NCBI GenBank assembly: GCA_013239625.1
Contig: MU053559.1
Location: 3,020,324-3,084,323 of the forward strand
Length of the DNA: 64,000 nucleotides
Direction of reading: 5' to 3'
Origin: Lama guanicoe
Lineage: Eukaryota
In this document: positions 1 through 13,354 of the stretch, one piece after another
How positions within the stretch are numbered: the stretch's first letter is position 1
How the letters are laid out: every line of letters begins with the position of its first letter
Notes under the pieces: model-generated
What the model was told of the DNA's origin: nothing
The model's database searches: none
The model's input: only the letters and a program-made list of their open reading frames with translations
Translations under genes and position numbers: made by a program

Positions 1-852
1 AGAGAATATTTTGCCTACGTTTTCTTCTAGGAGGCTTATAGTGTCTTATATTTAACTGTTTAAGCCATTTTGAGTTTATTTTTGTGTGTGGTGTGAGGGA
101 GGGTTCTAACTTCATTAATTTATGTGAGGCTGCCTAGCTTTCCCAACACCACTTGCAGAAGAGACTGTCTTTTCTCCATTGTTAATTCTTTCCTCCTTTG
201 TCAAAGACTAATTGACCATAAGTGTGTGGGTTTATTTCTGGGCTCTCGATCCTGTTCTACTGATCCATATGTCTGTTTTTGTGCCAACATCACACTGCTT
301 TGATTACTGTAGCTCTGTAGTATTGTCTGAAGTCTGCGAGGGTTACTCCTCCAGACTCTTTCTTTTCCTTCAGTAATGCTGTGGCAATTCTAGGTCTTTT
401 GTGGTTCCATATAAATTTTATTATGATTTGTTCTAGTTCTGTGAAATATGTCCTGGGTAATTTGATAGGGATTGCATTAAATCTGTAGATTGCCTTGAGC
501 AGTGTGACCATTTTAACAATATTGATTCCTCCAATCCAGGAGCATGGGATATCTTTCTATTTATTTAAATTATCTTTAATTTGCTTTATCAATGTTTTAT
601 AGTTGTCAGCATATAAATAAGTCTTTCACTTCCTTGGTTGAGTTTATTCCTAAGTATTTTATATATATTTTTTGACGCAATTTTAAAAGGAATTTTTTTT
701 TACTTTCCTTTTCTGATATTTCATTGTTAGTGTAAAGAAATGCAGCTGATTTCTATATGTTAATCTTGTATCCTGCTACCTTGCTGAATTTCTTTATCAG
801 TTCTAATAGTTTTTGTGTAGTCTTTAGGGTTTTCTATATATAGTATCATGTC
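1..852 (-). mobile_element. LINE-1 fragment (ORF2 post-RT region), decayed
   Basis: Minus-strand translation [16 protein letters not shown]...[21 protein letters not shown] is a classic L1 ORF2 motif; runs off the window start. Confidence 0.92.
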
Positions 853-1140
853 TCCTAAAGCAGGCTCAGACTCTTAATCACCTTCAATGAAGCAGCTTAT
901 CAGCCCAGAGATTAAACTGAAAGAAATCTGGACAACAAACCTGATGGAAACAACCCTTATCTTCCAATAATTTCCCCCATGTATTTACCTTCCCACAGTC
1001 TGCAGCCCTTGGAAGCTTAAAACTCTCTTTCTTTGTCTTGTCACTTCTCTACAAATTTATTGTTCTTTGTTAAGTTGCTATCACTACCCCTGTGAGTTAC
1101 TCATCACTGAGCTTTTTTCCCTCCCTTATACATATAAGCT
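853..1140 (+). mobile_element. ERV1-type LTR fragment (MER34/MER39-like)
   Basis: Contains LTR-like blocks (ttgtcacttctctacaaatttattgttctttgttaag, gagttactc) resembling MER4-group LTRs; boundaries unclear. Confidence 0.4.
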
Positions 1141-1184
1141 GGTAAAAGCTTTTGATTGTCATGAGATTGCCACAAGGCAGTTAT

Positions 1185-1315
1185 AATTATTCCCATTTTA
1201 TGGAAGAAAATAACAGAGGCTCAGAAAATTTCAGAAACTTACCAAGGTCATATATCTAGTAAGTGAATGAACCAGGGTTGAACCTAGGTTTGTCTAAATT
1301 CTAAGTTTATGCTCT
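1185..1315 (-). mobile_element. MIR SINE fragment
   Basis: Reverse complement of MIR core (cccattttat...gaggctcaga...ccaaggtcata...gaacctaggtttgtct). Confidence 0.7.
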
Positions 1316-1359
1316 CTCAAATGGCTTTGGGGCTTGCCTTCACCATGCCAGTAACTCAC

Positions 1360-1910
1360 TCTTTCGCTAGGAAGCAAATTACCCAAAACTTAGTGGATTA
1401 AGACAATAATGATTTAGTGGAGTGGGTATAGCTCAGTGGTAGAGCGCATGCCTAGCATGCGCATGGTCCTGGATTCAATCCCCAGTACCTCCATTAAAAA
1501 AAAAAAGGACAATAATGATTTATTTTTTCTCCTGATTCAGTGGGTTAGCTGGCCAGCTCTTTCATTGCTATGTCCTGAGTCACTCGTGCTATTGCAGTCA
1601 ACTAAAGGCTCAACTAGGGCTGCAGGGTCCAAGATGGCATCATTTGCATGTGGGATCCCTGATGTGGGTTGTGGATTAGAGCCCCTGGACTCACCTCCAT
1701 GTGGCCTTTCATCCTAGCTTCTTCACGACATGATGATTCAGCATAGGGGTATCAGAGTTCCAAGAAAACATGCTCCAGTCCACAAGGGCTGATCAAGTCT
1801 CTGCTTGTATCACATTTGCTGATATCCAGTTGGTTGAAGGAAGTCACCTGATCAAACTCAGAGTAGATGTGGGAGGAGATTATACTAGAGCCTGGATATC
1901 AGAAGGTGTG
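1360..1910 (-). mobile_element. MaLR MLT1-type LTR, interrupted by a SINE
   Basis: caaattacccaaaacttagtggattaagacaa...ggtccaagatggc blocks typical of MLT1 LTRs; split at 1417-1507. Confidence 0.65.
1417..1507 (+). mobile_element. tRNA-Ala-derived SINE (vic-1-like), short form
   Basis: A box TAGCTCAGTGG, B box-like GGATTCAATCC, polyA tail; exact 15-bp TSD gacaataatgattta (1402-1416 / 1508-1522). Confidence 0.92.
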
Positions 1911-2442
1911 ATTCGTTGAAGGTCATTAATATAACAATCTACCATATTTATCACATGGCTTAAAAAAAAATCCTCTGAAACTGACCTCTGAGGTCCTGCT
2001 ATCCCTTGCGATTGGGAAACAGCTCGAGGGCATGGGTGCACTCGATAAGCATTCCTTCTGCAGCTCAGCTCCATAATCCCTTGACACACTGCCTACCAAC
2101 TTCCTCCTTTCCCTCAAAGAGAACCTTCCTAAATGTCCTGAACAGTCTCCCCACATATCTCCTTATGATCTGTATTGTCTACCTTAAATTAAAGGGAAAA
2201 AAAAAAGAAGCAAAGGAAAATGAGAAATGTAAAAACTGAAACACTATAGTCTGATGCTTCTAAAGCTGTGCACTGTAGCGCAATGAAGATCCCTGGGGAG
2301 AAAGTGGGTGAGGAGGGAGGGGGTGGGGGTCTGGGTGTGATGAGGTGGCTTCAGAGGAAAAAGTGTTGAAGCAATTTTGTTCATCCAATTTCATCAAATG
2401 TGAAATATATGGTTAATTATCATTTTCACAGGAGTCCTATTA

Positions 2443-2634
2443 CCATTGACTCTTGAACAACACAAAGGTTATTCATCATACAATTTATAGTCTGCCCTCC
2501 ATATGCACCATTCCTTCACACCCACAGATTCCACCAACCACGGACGAGGTGGTAATATAGTATTTACCATTGAAAAATATCCCCCTTTAAGTGGATCCAT
2601 GCAGCTCAAACCAATGTTGTTCAAGGGTCAACTG
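2443..2634. mobile_element. Tigger2-family MITE (TcMar-Tigger)
   Basis: Terminal inverted repeats ccattgactcttgaacaaca ... tgttgttcaagggtcaactg; TA on the left flank. Confidence 0.85.
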
Positions 2635-3473
2635 AATTTTCTTAATGAGCATTGTCTTTTAGTGTAGCTGGGAGATGGAGGAGTGGTGAGTAGGGAAGAT
2701 CACAAAGCAGATCCTTCCAAAAGGTTAACTTTTCAGCAATGTTTAAGGTACCACACTGGCTTGACAGCTGTTGGGATGAAAGGCTGTTAGATAAAGTTGG
2801 GGGGAAAGCTAGACCTTAACACAAGGAGCAGGTAGCCAAAGGGTCTAGATCCTTCTAATGTGCTCATTGTCCCACTAACCAGTGGTGTGGACCCAGCCCA
2901 CCCCCTACCCCCTAGCTCTGGCTTCAGGCATGCTTTCCTTCAGTTTTTGAAGTTGCATATCTTTGGATAAACATCTTCTGCAAGCATCATTTTAGCTGGT
3001 TCATCACTGCTAGCATTACGTTAACAGCATTCTTGGGCTTGGCTAATATTATCTCACATTGTTTCCAAGCTATTGAGTAAACTTGTTAAATTTGCATTTT
3101 TTTCATACTTTCTGTTATATTGTTATGTTGAATCCACAGTTCACAGAAATGGGTCAATGACTCAACAGTGGTTCATTGAAAAGCAGTGATGAAAACGGTG
3201 ATACAGATGCTCCAACTTAAAATCATGTCATAAATATAATCAACAAGTTCCAATATAATTTTTACTGTGAGTCTGTAAATGCTAGTACAAGTGAATCTGC
3301 TAGGGGTGATTTCTGATGAGTAACTGAAGAAGAAAAGTTTGAATTGGAAGTATAAGAACAAAATGAGCAATATCTAAAAACTGGATTTTATTGGACCCAT
3401 GATCTGTTTTAACCCCCCATTCCCCCCGGGCATAGTGTCTTATGTAACTTTGTTAATTAGTGGGATGAAGTCA

Positions 3474-3559
3474 AGGTCTAGCTCAGTGGTAGACCCTGTG
3501 CTTAGCGTGCATGAAGTCCTGGGTTCAATCCCCATCACTTCCATTTGAAAAAAAAAAAA
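3474..3559 (+). mobile_element. tRNA-Ala-derived SINE, short form
   Basis: tagctcagtggtaga...gggttcaatcccc + polyA. Confidence 0.85.
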
Positions 3560-5445
3560 TGAAGATATTGAAACTCCTGTCATTTTCAACTCAGAGTGAC
3601 TTCCCTGGTAAATTTGTTGTGTTTATCCAAAACAAGCATTATTTTATATAATGCTTCCTATTATGTAAATTGTTACTTTGATACCTCAAGATAGAGAAAA
3701 GACCAACCTAAAGAGGCATGATTCAAAGTTGCCCTTCTTTTGGCCAAAACACACGTAAATCACATTACTTCTGGAAGCTTGTGAAAGCAAATTCAAAATT
3801 GATGATATATATGATGCTCAAAGAAAAAGCAGACTCACTACTGGCAAAAATAATATCATGTCCTCGGTTGATATTTTACTTTGCAGTGAGGTGAAACCAC
3901 TGAAGTGTCAAGTATGACTCAGTGCTTAGCAAATGTGTAGCACACATAGGCAGAGAAAGGGCTGGCTGCCAGCTTGCTGGGATTCGAACTGAGAAGTCCT
4001 GCTGGAGGAGGAGAGATGTTTTGTTCACTAGTGGTTATTTGATGAGCCATGATGTAGTCTAGCCAAGTGAGAGGTGGACCTGGAGCAGTTCCAACTTGAC
4101 GCCCATCCACACCCTGCTATATTTCCTGAAAATAAGCCATGGGAAACAATGAAACCCCCTGACTTGGGTTATGTGGTGCAAGAAAATTGAAAGCTCTGCA
4201 GGTAATTAAATCAGATTTTTTTTTTTTTTTAGCATCATGTGGGAAGAAATGGGCAGTATATAAAAAACTAGAAGCCTGCTTTTCCATCCTAAATTATGCT
4301 CCCTGGTAAGGCGGAAGTTGCCCACTTGAGTTTGGGAAACGAGGAACGTGATTACCAACAATAACAAAAAAAGTCTTTGCCACATTGATAATGTCAGTAA
4401 AGACTATTTCGATGATTTCAAATGGCTTGTTCACAGAGTGTACCTCAGTCAAGTAATCAGAGTCTTGAACAGACTGAACTTATCACTTGATGGCCTGTGT
4501 TTAACCATTCATTCTGCAACAAAGCACTCAGTGCCAGCAATGTACCGGTTGGGTGGTCCGCCAAAAAGCTCTCTCAAATTCCCAGTCTTTGAGTAACACA
4601 GTATACAGATGAACTACCCACATTTCCAAAGTGGCCAGTGGAAATTTTTTTTTTCCCCTTCAAATTGTAAAACAAAGAATATTCATGTTTCTGTATCCCA
4701 GTAATACGTGAAACAGCATGTTCAGTGGTCAACAGGATTTATGTAGTCATAGGAATGTAAATACCTAATCGATCTAGGAAAAATGATAATGTGAGTATAT
4801 TGAGAGACTGGCCAGTGGGATGGGAGTATGAAAAACTGGCCAGGGGGAGGGGAGTAAAAAAAAAAAAAAAAAGAAGCAAATCCTCATCTGCCTTGGAAGG
4901 AAGTCAACAGATCGGGCCCGAAACTACAAAATCAAGGCTATCTGAAGATATCGAGGTAAATACTGAAACAATCAGCTGAAAGAGTTGCAAATTCTTTCCT
5001 CTGGAGATATGTGCTTGTGGGACTAGGGGACTGCTGATCTTTGCAAGAATCCTTGTATAACTGTTAAATGATAGGCATGTAAACTTTGCCTTTAAAATTT
5101 TATAAAAAGTACTGTCATAGAAAATTTGGAAAATAGAGAAAATCGTAAATAAGGTAAAAATCCCACTTCACCCTGTCATTTAAATCCCATACAATAGCTT
5201 CAAATTGGCTTTAAAACAACTTTAAAATTGCTTGAAAACCGCTTTTTAAAATCAGCAGACTGGTCTGTTTCTCTTTTCCATTCTTCAATGATAAAAGGGA
5301 TGATTCCTTGCATGTCAATATTTGAAGTGTTTTTGATGCAAAAAGAATCTTAAGCTGCCCTGCAGAGTAGAGTACCTGTTGAAAACAGGCTGATAACTAC
5401 CCCTCTTAAATGAAAGTAAAACATCATTGCACCAAGTTAGATTCC

Positions 5446-5620
5446 TTTTTAAAAAATATATTTTATTTATTTACCATTGTATTATTTAATTATTTAATTT
5501 TGGTGGGAGTGGGGAAGGTAGTTGGCTTTATTTATTTTTAGAAGTGGTCCTGGGTATTGAACCGAGGACCTCCTGTATGCTAAGTACACACGCTACTGAC
5601 TGAGCTATACCCCGCCCCCC
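5446..5620 (-). mobile_element. tRNA-Ala-derived SINE, long form
   Basis: Reverse complement of the SINE consensus; approximate TSD ttagatt(c/t)ct at 5437 and 5621. Confidence 0.85.
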
Positions 5621-7051
5621 TTAGATTTCTTGAATGCTTGCAACGATTTTTAAAATTCATCCAATGCTAGAATAATCATGAATATAAGAGGATAGAAGTG
5701 AACTCTACTAACCGCACTTTGTAGAACTGAGGGATCGGCGTTTCCTCCAAGATGACTTCAACTGAGGGAATAAACCTGCACAGCTCATATTCCTCCTCCC
5801 ACCCTCCCACGTTCCCCAACCTCCGTTTGTGGAATGTTTGGCTCCATCTATAAGTGAAGCAAAGACTCTGAGGTCATACCCGTCTTTGTGCAAACTTCCT
5901 TCTTCTTCTTCAGTTTTCCAAGTGCAGATGATCATGACTTAAAACACGCAGGCGCAGGTGCGCGGGAGCGCGCACTTACACACACCAATTTGGGGAAGGG
6001 TTCAAATTCCAAGGAAGTGAATTTGCTGCCTGCCCTGGGTGGAGTATGATCCCGTTTAGCTCCTAGCCCTGGAGACACCACCAGGTGATTAAGGCACATC
6101 AGATTACTTAAAAGCTGCTTTTTTGTTTTGTCTTGTATGTTTGTTTCTAATGGTCTGATGTTCTGGATATTTCTCCACTGAATGTAGGGTCTCAAGTTTT
6201 GCAAGAGAGGTACTCTCAAAATACCCTCAAAGAACAGACCCACTTCCACTGCTCCATGACCTGTCAGAATGCACTAGATATTCTGGATTGAGAAATGTTA
6301 TTTTGATATCTGATTTTGGGCAGGAAGACTTACATCAGGGAATGGGGCTGTTGGCAGCCTTCCCGTCTCCTGAAATACTCGGGGCTGACTGTGCTGGTCA
6401 CATGCTTGCTTTTAGTCCCCCTGAGGAAATGCGTTAGTTGTAGAGAAACTAGACAGAAAAGATAAAGCCACGGAAGGAGTTTTCCTGGGACCCACAAATG
6501 AGCTTTGGTCAGCCTCTGATTAGCCAGGTGCTGCAGCAAATTTTGCCTATGACTTTAAGGATTCGGATCTGATTGAGAGTTATTTCCTTACTCCACCATC
6601 TCTGACTCCTGTGAAAAATGTTCTTTTCTGTACACTCCTTAACAATAGCGTGTTTACTGTTCTCAGAAGAGTGCTACTTTCATTTTCCTTTTGTTCAATG
6701 ATTGGGTGATGTTATTATGAACCTTGTCTTCTTTCTGTGCCTTTGTTTGAAAAATGAAGAATTTCCCTCTTGCTCTGGGCTTTTTTGGTTACAATAAGAG
6801 ACGACCTCCCAGTCTTTTCCTGGTCCTAAGCCATTAGAACCCTACATTTATGGAAGGAGGTATGAGGCAGTGTGAGTTTAATTTCTCCAGCAAGGCTATC
6901 TATTCCAGAGAGAACCAGGGAAATTCGGCTTTATTTTTTTTTTATTTCATTTATTTCCTTGGGCGATTGACTTTCTTCAACTACTGTTCTCCTATGGAGA
7001 TTATTTTATTTTCCATCCCAGTGTACTGTAACTTGAAAAAGAGTTAGATAA

Positions 7052-7490
7052 CGTTAGAGGAAAAAACCATAGGTCCAAGATGGTATCAGTTGTGCTAAAG
7101 CCCATGAAACCAAACCTAGATTCAATACCTAAACTAATGGCAGTTTCCACCTTCACAACAAATGTGATCGTAATCAACCAGTCTGTAATTTTCTGGTCAG
7201 CACCAATGAGGTCATCTGCCAGCTGGGTCTTTTCCGTCCCTCAACGTGGAAGAGGCAATCTGCATGATAAAACCCTTGCCATTCACCTCCTTGCCCCAAA
7301 AGGAGAGGTCTTGGCCTAAAAATAATTCTTTTCTCTTACTAATAGCTCCCTTGCCCCAGCCTTCTTCCCATTAAAAAAAACTCCCATTTTATACAACTCC
7401 TCTGAACACGGTTCTAGTTGCTAGGTGGGATTAATCATTAAATAAAGCCAATAAATCTTCGATTTTACTAGGTTGAATTTTTTCCTAACA
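7052..7490 (+). mobile_element. Solo ERV1-type LTR
   Basis: (t/c)gttag ... ctaaca inverted termini; internal ccaagatgg; AATAAA signals near the 3' end (7441, 7450); TSD not clear. Confidence 0.6.
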
Positions 7491-7923
7491 GTATTATTAG
7501 CAATGCTGTGTGCTGCTTACAAGTACGATTCTTTCAATATAAACATTAGAGGTAAAAATAATCAGCATAATTTGACATTCTTGTCCTTTGCATAAAGGAA
7601 AAAATTAATAAACGTGGTTTAAATGAATGAAGTAACTAAATTATTCTTTATTCAATTTGTAGAGATAGTTCACTAACTGGGTGGAAACCTTGCTACTCAT
7701 ATTTACTTTTCTCTTTCACACTTCCCCCATATGTAGATTTCTATCTTATTAATGGGTTTCTTGCTGTTAGTAACTTCAGAATGTCATAAGATTTGAATTT
7801 TTTGCTTTGGCAATGTATTTAAGATATATGTACATATATATACATACACACAGATTACCTAATGAAAAGTCTTACTCCCCATATCTACCTACCCTGTTCC
7901 TCACCCTCAGTCACTTTTATTAA

Positions 7924-8467
7924 TGTTGAAGAATAGCAGAATATGCCACCTCAAAAGATGCCTTTTTGGCCTAAGGATTATTTTCATCTGATTATTTTTG
8001 AGAGGCTGCAGACACAGAAGCTCTGAAAAGAGAATAGAATTTACCCTTTTGTAAGGGAAATATACATTTATAAGGGAAATCTCCATTTGTAAGGGTGTCT
8101 CCCTCTCTGTACCTAGAAGAGAGAGATGACTCAATCACAAGAAACTCAATGGAGGAAGCATCTGACTTAAATCTGCGTAACACCCTTACCCTTGTTTACT
8201 ATGTTTTTGCTGATAACCTCCCATAACTGGCCTCCCCAGTCCAGGACATCTTTCTCTTGTCTTTAGCTTGAGATGGTATTTAAGGTATTGGCTTGAGCCA
8301 TTTGGGGTAGGGAGTTACTCAGTTTTCCTGGGTATCTCCCATGTATACATGAGGTATATACATTTTATTAAGCTTCTGTTTTTCTCCTGTTAATCTTTTT
8401 TATTACCGGGAGTCTCACCCAGGAACCTAGAATGCTTGAGAAAGATTATTCACCTCTCCTTACTACA
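7924..8467 (+). mobile_element. MER34A-like ERV1 5' LTR
   Basis: TG...CA termini; cagaatatgccacctcaaaagatgcc...aaggattattt...ttacccttttgtaagggaaat matches the recalled MER34A consensus; immediately followed by a PBS. Confidence 0.85.
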
Positions 8468-8471
8468 GTTT

Positions 8472-8489
8472 TGGCAACCCAGATGGGAC
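8472..8489 (+). other. Retroviral primer-binding site complementary to the tRNA-Arg 3' end
   Basis: TGGCAACCCAGATGGGAC, one CpG-type change from TGGCGACCCAGATGGGAC (complement of the tRNA-Arg(CCG) 3' 18 nt), 4 nt after the LTR end. Confidence 0.8.
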
Positions 8490-10005
8490 CCACTGAGATA
8501 CCCTACTTGTTCCAGAGCCTGCAGATGGAATCCTGGAAAACTGGAAGAAGCCAGTGAAGGGTAAGAATTCTCACCAAAGTCAGCTCTCTGTAGTGCCCAG
8601 TCAAGAGAGGAAGGTACAAATTTCACGTTGTCCCTCCTTCTCCAAATTCAGATTAGAAGGAGAAAAACATTTGTAAGAATTAGTTCTTTGGATTGTGATT
8701 CTGGTTAAAATTTGGTTTGAGGTTAACCATTAGTAATTGAGCCTTTCCCTCCCAGGAACAACCATTGTTTTCCTGTTTGTACTGTTGTATGTTCTGAGAA
8801 CTTGGCTTGGCTTTCTGCCTGCCCAGGGCATGGAAATTTTTGGTTCTGTGTGTGCAGGTGGCTCCACTGTGAGGTTGGGAGCATGGAAAATATGGCCAGA
8901 CAGAATGTGGATTGCACTCCATTTGTTGGTAGCATCTTACTGACTGTTGCCAGCTCTCAGGGGACTAGTCTACATCTTTCTTTTGGTTATCTTTGGGAGT
9001 GGCTCTACACTCTACGTCTTGGGAGGGTAGTATCTTTTGCACTTTCTTTGGGGATACCACTTGCATCCATAGATAAGCCATAAAAGGCTAATTGGTTTTG
9101 GTTTTGAGTCATTGGATAGATATGCCTTTGGTTTAAAAGAAAAATGAAAAAAAAAAAAAGTTGTTCAGTACTGCCAGGGGTATTTACTGTTTGTCCTGAC
9201 CAAAACATGATGAGATGTTTGATAGGATTTTTTAAAAGTAGCTCCATGGTCAGAAGTTGGCCATTTTGGAAGCTGATATTCAGAGTTTGATAGGAACTGT
9301 TTTTTTCAGACCTTCTTCCCTAAGATAGGAATCTTTTGATTTCCATCTTAGCTGGAAATCTTACTGATGTAAAGAAGCAAATTGAAGAGACTGTAGTTGG
9401 ATCAGCCCCTTATATCACTCAGACTGCAACCCAGTTCTTTGAGGAATTAAAAACAACTGTTCTTGTCATACTAATTGAGTCTTTACAAGAACAGATACGC
9501 AGTTTTAAAGGCAATTTAAAGTCCATATATCCTTTTTACCAATCCCCAAACCTCCTCTATTTATCTCCAAAGGCTTGTAGATATTGTAAAAGATCTGGAT
9601 TTGGGAAACAAAATCCTTCTTGAAGAAACTTACATCCTTTTTCTGTGCCTTTGAGATGTAAATATTCTACCTGGTCTTCTCCAGGTACCCAGAGTCATCT
9701 CTTTGAAATGCAGACTTCAGGGAGGTGAGTCTTATCAGAAGGGTTTTAAAAAAAAAAAAAGAAAGAAGGAAAGAAAAGGAAAAAAAGAAAGTCTATTTGG
9801 AAACTAGGAAAAGAGAAATCTTAAAAGTCCTCTCCATCAATGTTAAGTAAAAAATTTCACCATCTGCCAGAAACACAATTTAGACCCAACTGTTCTTTTT
9901 TAACCTAGTGAGTTTTGCATTATTGTACATGTCTAATGGCTAAACTTTTACAGTGAAATTTATAAGATCTCTGTTTGCATCTTTCTTTGTTTCTGTATCC
10001 TTCTG

Positions 10006-10067
<62 letters not shown>
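10006..10067. repeat. Compound microsatellite (TA)n(GA)n
   Basis: Direct read; source of the spurious YIYI/RERE ORFs. Confidence 0.95.
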
Positions 10068-10069
<2 letters not shown>

Positions 10070-10111
10070 TATAGATGTGTACTTTTTCCACCTCTGGTAT
10101 TGCCAAAGTTT

Positions 10112-10131
10112 NNNNNNNNNNNNNNNNNNNN
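10112..10131. other. Assembly gap (20 N) adjoining a poly-T run
   Basis: Direct read. Confidence 0.99.
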
Positions 10132-10975
10132 NTTTTTTTTTTTTTTTGCTTTTTAATATAATTTGATTTAATTGGCTTAAAGAAAAAGAAATAATTATAT
10201 AAATTAAGTATGCCTAAAACTCTGAAAAATACAGAAATTAACCCAAATGTTTTCCAAGTTCATGTGGTCTGGGACAGTCTTAGGTAATTACAAGCTGGTT
10301 TAAGTTCATTAGTTTAATTAAAATAGGCATGTCTTCAGAGTTACAAGCATTTAATACAAGCAGACATGGAATTTTTATTCTACTTGAGTTTACTAGTAAA
10401 ATAAGTTCATGTTATCCGTGTTACAGAATTTATAAGCAAGAAACAAAAAAAGATAATGGTTACCTGTTCAATGCCTCATGAAATTTTCATGAGTGATATA
10501 AATATGATTGTTAAGAACAAGTGAATTAAATAGATGTAAGTAAAAGTTTATAAATAAACTTCAACAATAATTATGTTTTATGGCTTGTCTGCTTAAAAAT
10601 AGTTTCTAAAATCTTTTTTAGAAACCTTAGAGTGATACTAAGTTAAATGATGGATATTTATTGCATATATAGATCATTTCTAAATAAGATAAAATATTGA
10701 AACATTATTGAACCCAGGTTTATCTACTTTTGGCTTTTTACAGAGGACCCAATGATATATGGGTCTACCAGTAAACATGTTTTGTAACTCATTGAAAAAT
10801 TTACTATGAGGAAGAACGTGCTTCTAGAAATTTTGAAATGTATTTGTAAGTTTGCCAATCTACAGAATACTGATGTAACAGACAGTTCACAAGTGCTTAC
10901 TTAGTTTTCACAAGCAATTAAAGTTTCTAAGGGTTAAGAATTCTAATAATATATGTAACTGAAACTACTAGGATA

Positions 10976-13354
10976 GAGGCATACCTTGTTTTATTGTGCT
11001 TTGCTTATTTGTGCATCACAGTTACTGAGTATTTTTGTTTTGCTTTGTTTTGTTTTGTTTTTACAAATGGAAGGTTTCTGACAACCCTGCATTGAGCAAG
11101 TCTATTGGTGTCATTTTTTCCAACAGTATTTGGTTGCTTCATGTCTCTGTCACATTTTGGTAATTCTTGCAATGTTTCAAACTTTTTCCTTATTATTGTG
11201 TTTGTTATGGTGATCTGTGAACAGTGATCTTTGATGTTACTATTGTAAATGTTTTGGGGCACCGCAAATCGACCACGATGAACTTAATCCATAATTGTTC
11301 TGACTGTTCCATCAACCAGCTGTTCCCCCATCTTTCTCCCTCTCCTCAGGCCTCCCTATTCACTGAGACACAATATTGAAATAGGGGAATTAACAACTCT
11401 CCAGTGGCCTCCAAGTGTGCAAGTGAAAGGAAGAGTCACACATCTCTCACTTTAAATCAAAAGCTAGAAATAATGAAGCTTAGTGAATAAGGCATGTCAA
11501 AAGCCAAGACAGGCTGAAAGCTAGGCCTCTTGCAACAAACAGTTAGCCAAGTTGTGACTACAAAGGAACTGTTCTTGAAGGAAATTAAAAGTGCTACTCC
11601 AGTGAACACAAAATGATAAGAAAGCTAAATAGCCTTATTGCTGATATGGAGAAAACTTTAGTGGTCTGGATAGAAGATCAAACCAGCCACAACATTCCCT
11701 GAAGCCAAAGCCTAATCCAGAGTAAGGCCCTAACTCTTCAATTCTATAAAGCTGACAGGGGTGAGGAAGCTGCAGAAGAAAAGTTTGAAGCTAGCAGAGG
11801 TTGGTTCATGACGTTTAAGGAATGAAGCCATCTCCATAACATAAAAGTGCAAGGTGACAAACCAAGTGCCGATGTAGAAATTGCAGCAAGTTATCCAGGA
11901 GATCTAGCTGAGATAATTAATCAATAAAGGTGGCTACACTAAACAAGAGATTTTCAATGTATACGAAACAGCCTTATGTTAGAAGAAGGTGTCATCTAGG
12001 ACTTTCATAGCTAGGTAAGTCAATGCCTGGCTTCAAAGCTTCAAAGGACAGGCTGACTCTTGTTAGGGACTCATGTAGCTGGTGACTTTCAGTTGAAACC
12101 AATACTCACTTGCCATTTCAAATCCTAGAGCCTTTAAGAATTACGCTAAATCTACTCTGCCTGGTGCTCTATAAATGTAATAACAAAGCCTTGATGACAG
12201 CACATCTGTTTCCAACATGGTTTACTGAATATTTTAAGCCCACTATTGAGATCTACTGCTCAGAGGAAAAAAGATTTTCAAAATATTACTGCTCATTGAC
12301 AATGCACCTGGTCACCCAAGAGCTCTGATGGAGCAGTACAATGAGATTCATGTTTTCATGCTTACTAACAGAACATCCATTCTGCAGCCCATGGATCAAG
12401 GAGTAATTTCGACTTTAAAGTTTAATTATTTATGAAATACACTTCATAAGGCTATAGTTGCTATAGATAATGATTCCTCTGATGGATCTGGGCAGTGGAA
12501 AACCTTCTGGAAAGGATTCACCATTCTTGATGCTGTTAAGAACATTCATGATTCATGGGAAGAGGGCAAAATATCAACATTCACAGGAGTTTGGAAGAAG
12601 TTGATTCCAACCCTCATGGATGACTTGGAGGGGTTCAAGACTTCAGTAGAGGAAAGAACTGCAGATGTGGTGGCAATAGCTAGAGCACTAGAATTAGAAG
12701 TGGAGCCTGAAGATGTGACTGAATTGCTGCAATCTCATGATAAAATTGTAATGGTTGTGCAAAGAAAGTCGTTTCTTGAGCTGGAATCTACTCCTGGTGA
12801 AGATGCTTTGAAGATTGTTGAAATGACAACAAAGGACTTAGGATATTACATAAACTTAGTTGCTGAAGCAGCAGCAGAGTTTGAGAGGACTGACTCCAAT
12901 TTTCAAAGAAGGTCTACTGTGGTTAAAATGCTATCAAACAACATTGCATGCTACAGAGAAATCATTCATGAAAGGAAGAGTCAATTGATGTGGCAAAATT
13001 TATGTTGTCCTAGTTTAAGAAATTGCTGTAGTCACCCTAACCTTCAGCAACCATCACCCTGATCACTCAGCAGACATCAACATCGTGGCAAGACCCCCCT
13101 CCAGTAAAAACATTATGACTCACTGAAGGCTCAGACAATGGTTAGCATTTTTTAACAGTAAAGTATCTTTAAATTTAGATATGTACATTTTTTAGGCATA
13201 ATGCTATTAGACACTGAACAGACTATAATATAGTGTAAATATAACTTTAATATGCACTGGGAAATGAAAAAATTCGTGTGACTCACTTAATTGCAATATT
13301 TGCTTTATTGCAATGGTCTGGAATAGAAACCACAATATCTCTGAGGTATGCCTG
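10976..13354 (+). mobile_element. Tigger1 DNA transposon, near full length (about 2.38 kb), transposase disrupted
   Basis: TA|gaggcatacct ... aggtatgcctg|TA TIRs with TA TSDs; transposase starts near 11404 (ASKCASERKSHTSLTLNQKLEIMKLSE*) with stops and frameshifts; C-terminal part in ORF 12601..13062. Confidence 0.95.

Noticed and set aside
9953..10166. ORFs with RERERE/YIYI repeats
   Set aside because: Translations of the (TA)n(GA)n microsatellite running into an N gap
11404..13062. Domesticated Tigger transposase gene (TIGD1-like)
   Set aside because: The start codon reads GTG, there is an in-frame stop within the first 30 codons and further stops and frameshifts; only a 153-codon fragment is open
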